Below are positions 53,150 through 64,000 of a stretch of DNA of 64,000 nt, in pieces. The notes under the pieces are model-generated. The model did no database searches. It was given only the letters and a program-made list of their open reading frames with translations, and had not been told where the DNA came from. The DNA is from Nitrospirales bacterium. Its GTDB lineage: Bacteria > Nitrospirota > Nitrospiria > Nitrospirales > UBA8639. Within the stretch, counting starts at the first letter, position 1; each line of letters begins with the position of its first letter. The stretch spans positions 160,001 to 224,000 of the forward strand of contig CBDBCZ010000018.1 of NCBI GenBank assembly GCA_965203295.1, written 5' to 3'. The translations under genes and the position numbers were made by a program.

Positions 53150-53521
53150 AAAAATCTGAGTGATTGTTAAAAGCTTCATGGCAGAAAGGAAAGGGGAATT
53201 CTGGATCTTCTATGATGTCATCTTCATCTCCCGAGTCAAATTCATCAGCCCCTCCCCCCAGTAACATTCCTAAGGTTTCATCCACTGTATATCGCACAGA
53301 TCTAGCCATCACTGTTATCTTTGCAGATTGCAATAATAACTTCCAGCTGCTAAGCTATGAATATCAACTTATTTTTACAGGATTGCGCGTTTGATATTGG
53401 AAAGGTTTCCCCCAAGGTAAGTATCATGTGTGCCGGGTCACTAAAGTGGCCTTCCGTGTGCACTACGTTGAATAATAATTACGTGTACGGGCCACTAAAG
53501 TAGCCTTCCGCGTGCAATGAG
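53150..53521 (-). mobile_element. 5' end of a coding piggyBac related to MITE family 1
   Basis: CCGCGTGCAATGAG-TTAA (53522-53525) and paired GCCACTAAAGTGGC-type palindromes as at 1896-1981. Acidic N-terminus MARSVRYTVDETLGMLL...DSGDEDD from 53309. Confidence 0.75.
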
Positions 53522-54059
53522 TTAAAAGCCTTACAGGAAGTACAGGTTAATTCATAATTAAAATGAATGAATTCAAACAATTTTTGATTGGCATGTAAAG
53601 CTCTAAATGATACGATGGGTTAAAGGGCTGGCTATTGATCACTTTGCACATGGCATACTAGAATGAAGTAATACGAGTAGCGCAGAATATCAAATGAATA
53701 ACAATCAAACTCACAGGAAGTACTTATACCAACCCACTGACTCTATCAGAGCACCCCTTTGCACCCCAATGGATATTACAACTTCTACAAAAAGTGAAAC
53801 ATCCAATAATGCCCGAAAGTGATGGTACTCCTCCACTAACAAAACATATACAATTTGCATCTAAATTGGACACCTTATTTGTTATCTCGTAGTTACAGCT
53901 TTTACGAGAAGTTAAATATTCACTAATGACCACTCACAGGAAGTGATAGTAGCATTTCTTTGATCACACCGATGCTATGTCTATTTAAATTGAACCTTTT
54001 TTATTACACAAAAGAAACCACTTCAACAGGAAGGGGAGGTCCAATAATTCAACCTGTAA

Positions 54060-54984
54060 TAGCCCCAGGGTAAGCTTGAAAAATTCAGTGAAGTTGACAC
54101 CATACCTAAAGTGCCTCAAAACAAAATATATCAGCTTTTCAGGCAAAGCAACACTGGCCATGCGTTACAAGAGCGTAGACGGGCTCTGGAGTCCCTGACA
54201 CGTCCCTGGCATGAATGATTCAGTAACTTTCACTCAATACCTAGGGGGTATCAAAACACAATATATCAGCTTTTCAGGCCAAAGCAATGCTTGGCCTGCG
54301 TTAACAGGGCATAGAAGGGCTCTGGTATCCCTGAAACATCCCTAGTGTGTCCCTACTGTGTCTCTGGGGCTATAATACCCATAGAGTAAGCATGAATGAT
54401 TCAGTAACTTTTACACACTACCAAGGGGGCATCAAAACACAATATAGCAGTTTTGCAGGCCAAAGCAATGCATGCCCTGCATTAAAACCCCACAGAAGGG
54501 TTTTGGTGTCCCTGGTGAGTCCCTGGTGTGTCCCTGGGGCTATAATATTCCCAGGGTAAGCATGAATGATTCAATAACTTTGACACAATACCAAGGGGTC
54601 TTCATAACACGATATCAGCTTTGCAGCAAAACACAATAATCTTTGCAGGCCAAAGCAATGCTTGCCCAGCCTTAAAAGGGCATTAATGGGCATTGTTTTC
54701 CCAAAACGTCTTTAGTGTGTCCCTGGTGTGTCCCTCGGGCTATAAGAGCCCCAAGGTAAGAATGAATGAATCAGTAACTTTGACAATACCCAGGGGCATG
54801 AAAGCACAATATGAGCTTTTTAGGCCAAAACAATGCGTGCCCTGCTTTAAAAGGGCACAGACAAGCTCTAGTGTCCCTGAAACGTCCCTAGTATATCACT
54901 GGTGTGTCCCTGGGGCTATTAGCCCCAGGGTAAGCATTAATGATTCAATAACTTTGACACAACGGGGGGTATCAAAACACAATA
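54060..54984 (-). repeat. ~170-200-bp satellite, right block (inverted relative to 49898-50312)
   Basis: About five monomers, reverse complement of the left block. Confidence 0.88.
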
Positions 54985-56029
54985 CCGTTAACTACGTATT
55001 ATCCGCCCATGATGTATTATCCGCCCATCCCCCTTTTTGAGTCAAAGTTACGTCAGAGGGTATTTATGTACTTAGTATCCGCCCACCCTTAACCCTTTGG
55101 CTTCCGAGAGCGCCAAATGGCGCTCTTAAAGTGCCTTGTCTTATCAGCCACGTAGTGCCGCGTAGTACGCAGCAACCACAACGATTATATTCTGTTTACT
55201 TTGCGCATGTATTGACCTCTGTACTGATATATATTTTATCAATATTCATAGCTTCCTGTACGAATATAACAACCACAAAAATGTCGCTTTCGTGCGCTAT
55301 TGCGCTAGTCCGCGCTGCAACTTGTTTGGTCGGTGCTTCCTTCTGGTCTTCTCAGTTTCTGTAGGTTCTCTGTGTCTGTAACCGGTCTGTGCATCTCCAG
55401 AGCCTATTCTATACTGTAGCTACGGCCTATCTGTCATCATTCTCCGTGCTTTAGCTAACTACCGTGCTCAGCCTGAAAATCACTAGTTTGCAACGCTTTT
55501 ACAAGTCACGTGACCTAACACGTGTTTCCATGGCAACGCATCGTGCCTAGCGCCTCAGGGGATTTCCCTCAGGGCATTATACAGTGCAGTAGGGCCCAGC
55601 AGGAGACAGTAATAATTCAGATTACTGGAGGTAAGCTGTCAGACCAAAATAATATTCTCAAATCTAGGAAGCCAAAGGGTCAATTACCATCCTTGCGAGC
55701 TAAACATGTAACTAACAACTGAAAATTCCAAGACGAGCAGAATTAAACAAAACTTGATCTTCAGTGCGCTTTAACTGGATTACCGACGGTAAGTCCATCA
55801 GCCACTTCGCTTTTTAGTGGATAATAGTAGTTTGCATGCTTCTATAATAGGTAGTTCAATACAATTTCCATTCACTGTGGTGCGGTACTTGCCTAGAAAA
55901 GCTACACTTACCTTGTATACTCGCTTTGCATACCGCACGTTTGGAATGCGTTCGAGTGGGTGGATACTACATCGCATTTATAAAAACTATGTATTATCCG
56001 CCCACCCCCCTCTTTCAGCTTGCACTTAA
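54985..56029. mobile_element. Other arm of the pogo/Tc1-type element, with nested MITE family 5
   Basis: TA + CCGTTAACTACGTATTATCCGCCCATG; repeated TATTATCCGCCCA motifs up to ~56003. Confidence 0.7.
55093..55679. mobile_element. piggyBac-type MITE family 5 (587 bp)
   Basis: Perfect 13-bp TIR CCCTTTGGCTTCC; flanks TTAA / TCAA. Confidence 0.88.
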
Positions 56030-57093
56030 TTAACCCTGTCTTGCAACAATTACAATTTTTACTTAAACCAAAACAGTTTTGCTGTATTTTTATCATTCAC
56101 TAATCTAAATTTTTAAAAAAATATTGATTAATAAATTTTAATTAACCGATGTGTATTACTTCCTTGTTTCCAGTTAGTAATATTTTCCTCCAAAATGTAA
56201 TGAATATTCATATAGTTTTCACCTTCAAGCACTTCCTTGACAAGGTTACATTAATCATGGAGTACGGTAGTACTCCATATGTAAGGATGGCACGGAAAAA
56301 AGTGGCGGCCCCATATAACGCGTACAAAATCATACGTTCCGAACTCACTTCTGATTATAGTCATAGGCTTTTATGAACCACAACATGACATCTCGAGTGT
56401 TTTCATCAGCAGCAAGACTGCAAGCGTTGCAAGAAACCTTCGCAGGAGTACCACACCGGCTGGTCCACACACTGGGGGGGTGGGGCGTAATAGTACATCT
56501 TCTTCTGGTTTCTTCTTTCTTCAACCAGGGTACCACACCGGCTGGTCCACACACTGGGGGGGTGGGGCGTAATAGTACATCTTCTTCTGGTTTCTTCTTT
56601 CTTCAACCAGGCTAGCACAATAATGGCTGAAGCTATCTCAATGATTCAAGCGCGAACAAGCTATCATTATCCTTGGTGATAATTTGCAGTTCAACATCAT
56701 GGAGTACGGTACTACTCCATATGTAGGATGGCCCTGACCTCCCCATTAAAATGACAGGTTTAGTACTCTGCTGTAGGTGTAGTCTAGGACTAATATGAAG
56801 CCTATATGTACCACTTATTTTGGAGCGTTGACGTCACTAACCAGGCTGTTAGCACTGCTAAAGAACATCTTTGAAGTACCAAAGCGGCAAGTGGTTAAAA
56901 CCGCCGAATGATCTACCTTCATCTTAGTCAGATAATCCTTAATTCAGTCAAACTAGCACGATAATGAGTGAAGCGATAAAAAGATTCCAATACAAACGGG
57001 CATGATTGACAGGAAAAAAGTGAAATTTCGTGCACTTGTTGATGTACAGTAAAAGTAAGGACATATCGCATTGACATTTACAACACTTATCGT

Positions 57094-58003
57094 GCAGCGG
57101 ACAGGTGACCCGGCCCAGCACATTTCCTCAGTTGCAGTTCATGTGGGCTGTCTGATAGCATGTCCTGCAGCGGACAGGTGACCTGGCCCACCACATTTCC
57201 TCAATTGCAGTTCATGTTGGCTGTCTGACAGCATGCCCTGCAGCGGACAGGTGACCCGGCCCAGCACACTTCCTCAGTTGCAGTTCATGTGGGCTGTCTG
57301 ACAGCATGTCCTGCAGCGGACAGGTGACCCGGCCCAGCACACTTCCTCAGTTGCAGTTCATGTGGGCTGTCTGACAGCATGTCCTGCAGCGGACAGGTGA
57401 CCCGGCCCAGCACATTTCCTCAGTTGCAGTTCATGTGGGCTGTCTGACAGCATGTCCTACAGCGGACAGGTGACCTGGCCCACCACATTTCCACAGTTGC
57501 AGTTCATGTGGGCTGTCTGACAGCATGTCCTGCAGTGGACAGGCAATCCAGCCCAGCACATTTTCTCTGTTGCCGTCCATGTGGGCTGTCTGACAGCATG
57601 TCCTGCAGTAGACAGGTGACCTGGCCCAGGACATTCTGATCAGTTCTTGGCCATGTGGGCTGTGTGGAAGAATATCCTCAAGCAAGCAGGTGACCCGATC
57701 GAGGACAGTTAACTTCCTCAATTACTAAGAATGCAGTTCATGTGGGCTGTCTGACAGCATGTCCTGCAGCGGACAGGTGACCCAGCCCAGCACATTTCCT
57801 CAGTTGCAGTTTATGTGGGCTGTCTGACAGCATGTCCTGCAGCGGACAGGTGACCCGGCCCAGCACATTTCCTCAGTTGTAGTTCATGTGGGCTGTCTGA
57901 CAGCATGTCCTGCAGCGGACAGGTGACCCGGCCCACCACATTTCCTCAGTTGCAGTTCATGTGGGCTGTCTGACAGCATGTCCTGCAGCGGACAGGTGAC
58001 CCG
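57094..58003. repeat. 73-bp tandem repeat (~12 copies)
   Basis: gcagcggacaggtgacccggcccagcacatttcctcagttgcagttcatgtgggctgtctgacagcatgtcct at 57094, 57167, 57240 and onward. Confidence 0.95.
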
Positions 58004-58339
58004 AACTGTCCAAGTGTATTACTTTACCTGGAACTGTACTACTTTACCTGGAACTGTCCGAGTGTATTACTTGACCCTGAACTGGCAAATGTAGCTACTA
58101 CTTCAACTGGAACTGTCAAGTGCACTACTTTCTCATTGAATTGGTAAAAGGCAGAGCTCATCCAGTTTACATTGGAATTGCCCTCCAGACTCAACCTAAA
58201 TACCTGTCCAACACCCAATAGCTATACAGGGGATTCCTATACATGGACCCAAAATGAAATACGCTGATCACGACTCAGGTGTATTCTCAGCTTATGATGA
58301 TCAACAGTCGGAACTGCAGACATGCACCTGTACACTCAC

Positions 58340-58583
58340 CCTGCACATCCAATTTCTGCCAAGTATCAGTGGCACTATCGTAGTACAGGCGTTTGTGCCG
58401 CCTGTACGTTTTCATGCTCAACAGAGTATCACAGTGAGAGCAAAGCATGCTGGGATCGGGTCTCGATCTGCACCACCTAGTAGCACTCTCAATCTTCGTA
58501 GAAAGAAGACCTCCTCCCATTTTCTCTGCCGAGGCATTTTCCTCACTGGAATCGTCAATCCGCTTTCGCTTTCTCAAAGACAT
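58340..58583 (-). pseudogene. N-terminal exon resembling animal EnSpm-type transposases; core deleted
   Basis: MSLRKRKR...CSHCDTLLSMKTYRRHKRLYYD..W zinc finger ending at a gtgagt donor. No DDE core follows. Confidence 0.5.
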
Positions 58584-58715
58584 TTCTTTGCAATTTCTTC
58601 CAATAAACGCTCCCTTCGCGCATGCGTAGTCAATCACAATCGTTATTAATAAAAGCGAGAGCACGTTGTACCAGCTGAAAGTTTATAAGCGAATCCAGTG
58701 CGATCTGGCAGAAGG

Positions 58716-61349
58716 ATGGTCGAACCAGCTGAAAACTTTGCACCTCTGAAGATGTTGCTTCACCAATCCCTGGTTCACCACGAATACCCACCACGAATAC
58801 CCATACAAGGTCAAGTTCCTGGGCGCCGTCTGAACGATAGCACTGACTCTGACAGCAGCGAGCCAACGCTGGGGGATATTTTGAAACGCCGACTTGATGG
58901 GCGTTGGAAGCGCAAACGTGGAGCCACTGATGCAACCCCTAAACGCTCCAAAAGTGCTACTCACAGTGCCAACAAGGAGAACTCAGCCGGTGATGGTACA
59001 GCTGTGGAGAAAACACTGATGAAAACTAACAAACTCCTGAGTACTCTGATTAAAAGAATGGACAGACAGGAGGATCGAATTGTGCAGATTGAGCAGAAAA
59101 TGGATGACTGTGTCTCGTGCTCTTCAACACCAAGCAGGCCCAGGAAAAAGGAAGTCCCCATGGAAGTGAGGGTAAATTTGTAGGAATACTAATCATTTTG
59201 TGTTGGTTTGTATACTGCTAGCGTATACATAGAAGTAGGCATTGTGCAATCAAGAGATGGCTAGAAAGCTGCATAATGTGTAAATGCTATAATTAAGTTA
59301 CTAATCAGCAACTGCCTTTCTTCTAGCGTGAAACCCGAAGGGTGTATGGCATGCTACTTGAAGAGGAGATGGAGTTTGAGGGTTGGAAGATTACGCCTGG
59401 GTATGTTTCTTTCAGCTACTGTGACTAGTAGTAATGCCTTTAGCTAGCACCACAAAAAAATTGAGAGCTAATCGGTATTCGATTTTTCTGATCTCCTTTT
59501 GAATGGAAGTACATTGCCTTTCTTCTTCTCTAGAGTAACGTTCAGGAGTGCTGAGAATCAGGCTGTTGTTTCCCGACTGATACGTGAAGTTCATGGGCCT
59601 GGTTCAGCATATCCGAGGTGTGGTGCACTTTGTTGGGTATCTGTTGTTGGGGTGTGTGCATGTGTACCGTAGAGTACATATCAAATGCCCAAGGGCAGGG
59701 AACCTTGGAATGCAGAGTGGGCACTGAATGCGTATCTGCCCGCAAATGGCATGCAGTATCAGTACACCACCCTGAAAGGCAGTAATCTTTACCAAATCAT
59801 TTTTTCTACTATAATATCACACCATCCAGAATGAACTAGAGTGCAGTGAGCAAGATCAAGTTGTAAAATTTGATCTTTGGTGTGCTTTGAATACCGATGG
59901 CATGTCAGCTAGCTACCTCAATTTTAAAGCTACATTTTGTGTTACCTGCATGCTTCTATACCAGTGAGCTTCCATATTTGGCTAGAGAACGCTATATATT
60001 TTCCTCGTATTCTTGCTTTGCAGTGTGCATTTGCAACGCATTTGAGTGCATGGATACTGCATGTATCAATGTACCCCTTGCAGATGTGAGATGAGTGTTA
60101 TTATCAATCTTCTACAGATGCTGCTTACCGCTTTTATCGCTCTAAATGTGAGGAAGAGGCCATTAAGAGAAAGGGAAAAGAAAATGAAAAGAGGAAGAGT
60201 AAACGAAAGCATGAGCGCTTGGTGCGGGTGAGTTGTACCTTGTATGAGCCTACAGCCCCAGCAAGTAACAGTTTTTTGCCCTTACATTGTGATACCAAAC
60301 TTTATTGTGGTAACTGTTTTAGGTAGATTGTAACAGTTGGGCGATCATCCTCAACTCTTCCCTGTGGCTCCGCCTACTGTTGGTGCAGCGTTTGCATAAC
60401 GTGGTTTTGACAAACATTCCCAGTTTTCCTAAATCCATGAGTCCACAAGTACGTCTAGTTACCAGAAAATTGCAGGGCCGTCGGAAGCGGGGCGGCAGGG
60501 GCGGCTCAGGCCGCCCCACTTTTCATGCCAATTTTTTTTTCGTAGCCGTTTCAACTTTCGCGTGCCACGGTACCACGCCCCACTCGAGCGCAGCGTACGA
60601 GTGAGGCGCGGCCCGCGACACTATGAGCTGGCTGTATGCTTGATCTCGGCCTGTATGGAGATTTTTTTTGCGCAATGTTAGTGCATGACCTTCAATGTAG
60701 TGAGATGCTGCGAGAGCCGGCCGCTGCGCGGCCTCTGACGTCACCACCGATGGCCGCTCCACCCTTCGAGAGCTTCCGACGGGCCTGAATTGTTTCTCTA
60801 ATTAATACACATTCAAAGAGCTATGGAAAATGATTTAGACTCTGGAATTGGCCTAATAATAAACTTTCCTGTGCAGGAATTGATGAGACTTTTTCACAGG
60901 ACAGTTACTAGTTGCTTTGGCTCTCGTTCAGTTTATGTATGCACTTTATACTTGGCAAAAAAAATTCAGCCATAATGAAGTCAAATATGCTTTTGTTGAT
61001 TGCTATTGTATATCTTCACACAGAAACTAACAGAGCGAAAAGCAGCCCTGCCAAAGCTTCATTTCAGTAATGAGAAAGCCATGGACAAGTGGCTATCTGT
61101 TCTGAAGTTGGACTTCATGTCCAGCGAAGAAAGTGCCACAGAAGATGAGGAAGAGATCATTATTGTGCGCCCTTTGCCATGCGCTCTATCCGTTATGATA
61201 TAATTTTAAGGGGTGTAGACGACATTGTGCGTAAAGAAAAGTCGCCTCAGGCTCGTCGCCAAATGAAGAAACGTGTGCTTGGTGTGGCTTCAACTCGCCC
61301 AAAACCCAGCAGTAAGGACATTCCCACATGGGCTCTTGCTACAGTTTAG
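58716..61349 (+). pseudogene. Multi-exon C14orf93-like gene (frameshift in last exon)
   Basis: Coiled coil, KEVPMEVR/RETRRVY, SAENQAVVSRLI, AAYRFYRS, KLTERKAAL, FMSSEESATED...VRPLP, SPQARRQMKKRVLG. GT-AG introns (donors 59172, 59401; acceptors 59326, 61023). Confidence 0.6.
60473..60787. mobile_element. 315-bp intronic MITE with 5-bp TSD (hAT-like CAGG termini)
   Basis: TIR CAGGGCCGTCGGAAG / CTTCCGACGGGCCTG; AATTG at 60468-60472 and 60788-60792. Confidence 0.85.
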
Positions 61350-61705
61350 AACATTGTGTGTGGGCTTTTGGTCCATTTGCATGTAGAAAGTTCAGTTTAG
61401 TTTGAGTTGTACTCAGCTTTTGCTGCAGTTAGGACTTTGTAAGGCCTTTGGTCTACTTGTGAACTTGAGGTTGATCATTTCATTTTAAGTATTGTGTCGC
61501 GTTTTATACTAGCATCATTGTTTGTGAAATTTTGCACATGCTCAGCAGTTTTGCTTGCCCTAGCCTCGTATGGTGGGTGAGCTATATGAAATCCCTGGTT
61601 TGTAGTAATGAAATTGTATGTCCAGTAACTACAGAAGAAATTTTGCATGAAATTTTGGTCTGTCGTCTAGCTCTGGAAAGCTGAATGAAAGCTAAAGGAA
61701 AGGCA

Positions 61706-62110
61706 CAAGAGCCTCACATTTCATGTATTATTCTAAAGGTGTTGGAAATCTCGCATGCCCTGGAGTTCAGTAATTGTGTACAAGAGCCTCAAATTTCCTG
61801 TACTGTTCTAAAGGTGCCGGAAATCCCACATGCCCTGGAGTGCAGTAATTGTGAATAAGAACCTCACATTTCATGTACTGTTCTAAAGGTGCCGGAAATC
61901 CCACATGCCCTGGAGTTCAGTAATTGTGTACAAGAGCCTCAAATTTCCTGTACTGTTCTAAAGGTGGCGGAAATCCCACATGCCCTGGAGTGCAGTAATT
62001 GTGTCCAAGAACCTCACATTTCATGTACTGTTCTAAAGGTGCCGGAAATCCCACATGCCCTGGAGTGCAGTATTTGCACAAGGCGCCTCACATTTCATGT
62101 AGTGTTCTAT
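61706..62110. repeat. 75-bp tandem repeat (~5.4 copies, alternating variants)
   Basis: caagagcctcacatttcatgtactgttctaaaggtgccggaaatcccacatgccctggagtgcagtaattgtg recurring. Confidence 0.93.
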
Positions 62111-62815
62111 AAGTGAAGGAAATTCCAACTGACAGATACTAAGGACGGATGAAGGAAACCGTATGGGAAATTCTGCCCTATACTGCTGTAGGACATGTGC
62201 CTGATATTCGCACATTTCCTTGCATACGACATATGTATGCCATACACAAGGCACATCATCTGCTGTACACACATCCTTATAAGTTCCTGATACAGGAAAT
62301 GTCACTTTTTTTCCTGTGTACAGCCAACCCAAACCTTCACAGGGACGCTAGCTACTCCCATCAAAATTCACTTCGCTCCACGAATCCCACATTCACAAGC
62401 ACAAACCAAGCAGAGCAGTTCCTCACATCAACCACCATACAACATAACTCAACAAAGTTGACAACTCTCAATCTATATTTTACCAAACGCACCCACATAG
62501 ACCTCCCCTACAAAGAACCTGCACACAAACACTCACAAAACTTCATCACACTCAACAACCAAACACAACCAAAGTCCCTATACAAACATGACTCCACCCT
62601 CAATGACTCACAAGTCCAACATGTACACCATAAATACATTAAGCTACCCTCCACAACCTCCAACATACTCAATACACACACACCAAATTACACTACCACT
62701 ATTCACATCTCACATATACATGATTGTGGTGGGTGTGGTTGGAAAGATGGTTTTTGGGGAACTGTTTTTGATAGACAACTCAGAGACTAATGGCATCCCC
62801 GGCGACCCTGTTGCT

Positions 62816-62920
62816 TTGGCTGGCTACTCGGCTGGCCACTCAGCTAAACACTCCGCTGGCCACTCGGCTGGCCACTCGCCTGGCGACTTGGCTTAACACT
62901 TGACTGGCCACTCGGCTGAA
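62816..62920. repeat. 12-bp minisatellite (ggctggccactc)
   Basis: About eight degenerate copies. Confidence 0.8.
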
Positions 62921-62939
62921 CACTGTCTCTTTGAAATCC

Positions 62940-64000
62940 CTCATTGCATCAAAACTTGCCAGGTGCCACTTAGCATGACAGTTTCGGCTGACTGTCTGGC
63001 AGAGTGCCGGTTGAAATGGACAATCTAAGCATTTGCGCTGGGTCCAGTTTGTCTGGAACTGAAGTTGACAGAACTGGCACCGTGCCTTTTGGCTGTCATC
63101 AAAACTTTTACTGCCATGCCGCACGCGACAATCAGACCTGCACGGTTGGCTGGGCCCCGGTTCATTTCTCTTTGTACGACCGTATTCTTTTATTCTGGAG
63201 AACTAGAGAATCACGGAAGTCATTTTCGGATATAGTTCGGCAACCATTTCTGTGTGCAAAGATGTTATAAATGATAAAGGCATTGACAACTACTATATCC
63301 ACCAAATGGTAAAGAGAGTTTTCCAGTATCGAACGGTTTTTCGTAGTACGTTATGATATGCAAGAAACTGGTCAGACTTGTCCACTCCCCCCATATACTG
63401 GTTGTACCTTTCAACGACCAGTGGACGCTGAATTTTAACACGCTCGACTCCACCAGTAGAGGGATTGACAGTTGTTCTGGATGCTTTCTTTTCAGAAACA
63501 GGGCCCGGATAGGCTGTCGACATAAAAGAACAGCTTGACTGTCCTTCCAACATACATACACAAATTCGTCATTGAGGAGATAGTATCTAGTCCCTCTTGG
63601 TACAGCTTTTGGAGTCAGTGCTTCTTTCAGAGCAACCATTTCTTCCGGTATATTCTGCCGTGTCACTCGAAACGTGCCTGTAGCCCGAACACCGATCCTC
63701 AGTAGTTCTTCGAAGAGATCCGGACTGGATTAATAGTTGTCACAGAAGACGAAGTATCCTTGTGTAACAACGTGATGTGAAAGCCCACGTCCACCACGCT
63801 CATCTTTGCCAGTCACAGGTAAAGCCCATAGGGTCAGCAATGACCCATAGCTTGAAGCCCCACTTTGTAGGTTTATTTTTCATGTACTGGATCATGTGGC
63901 TGCGTGCTTTACTTTTTACCATCCATTCATCAACAGATAGCTGGCGCACAGGTTGATAGAGCTCAATACACTTCTTCATGTACTCAACTAATGGGAGTAG
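62940..64000 (-). pseudogene. piggyBac transposase fragment running off the window
   Basis: LSVDEWMVKSKAR..IQYMKNKPTKWGFKLW, FCDNY, WKDS, YNQYMGGVDKSDQ, RCQFC...CLDC...LC...CHAKWH; frameshifts. Confidence 0.92.

Larger units (their letters stand above)
57008..62318. mobile_element. EnSpm/CACTA-like non-autonomous element (~5.3 kb)
   Basis: Imperfect TIR gACAGGAAAAAAGTGAAATTTC vs reverse complement CACAGGAAAAAAAGTGACATTTC. Subterminal tandem arrays at both ends and divergent internal genes. Confidence 0.65.

Noticed and set aside
57094..58003. tRNA array (73-bp period)
   Set aside because: No A/B boxes, TTC loop or cloverleaf.
61889..62116. 25-aa repeat protein
   Set aside because: A by-product of the 75-bp DNA repeat; a neighbouring unit has a stop.

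Overview
Repeat-saturated eukaryotic DNA, probably from an invertebrate animal and possibly a sponge (inferred from spliceosomal introns and the TE repertoire). No rRNA, tRNA, CRISPR or recognisable housekeeping gene was found. From left to right: (i) a ~6.9-kb tandemly duplicated unit carrying a tyrosine-recombinase (YR) remnant and an OTU-protease pseudogene; (ii) a 10.5-kb palindromic 41-bp satellite with higher-order repeats; (iii) a second, convergent YR pseudogene; (iv) a C14orf93-like multi-exon gene; (v) a Kolobok-type transposase pseudogene fused to zinc knuckles and an OTU domain; (vi) a full-length, intron-containing piggyBac; (vii) a Penelope-like element; (viii) a CRE/RLE-type retrotransposon inserted inside a piggyBac-MITE TIR; (ix) nested elements split by an apparent inversion; (x) one intact orphan 321-aa ORF with a LINE-like tail; (xi) an EnSpm/CACTA-like element with two subterminal arrays and a second C14orf93-like gene; (xii) further piggyBac fragments. 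At least five families of ~600-bp TTAA-flanked MITEs are scattered throughout. Protein family calls rest on motif recognition by eye, not on database searches.
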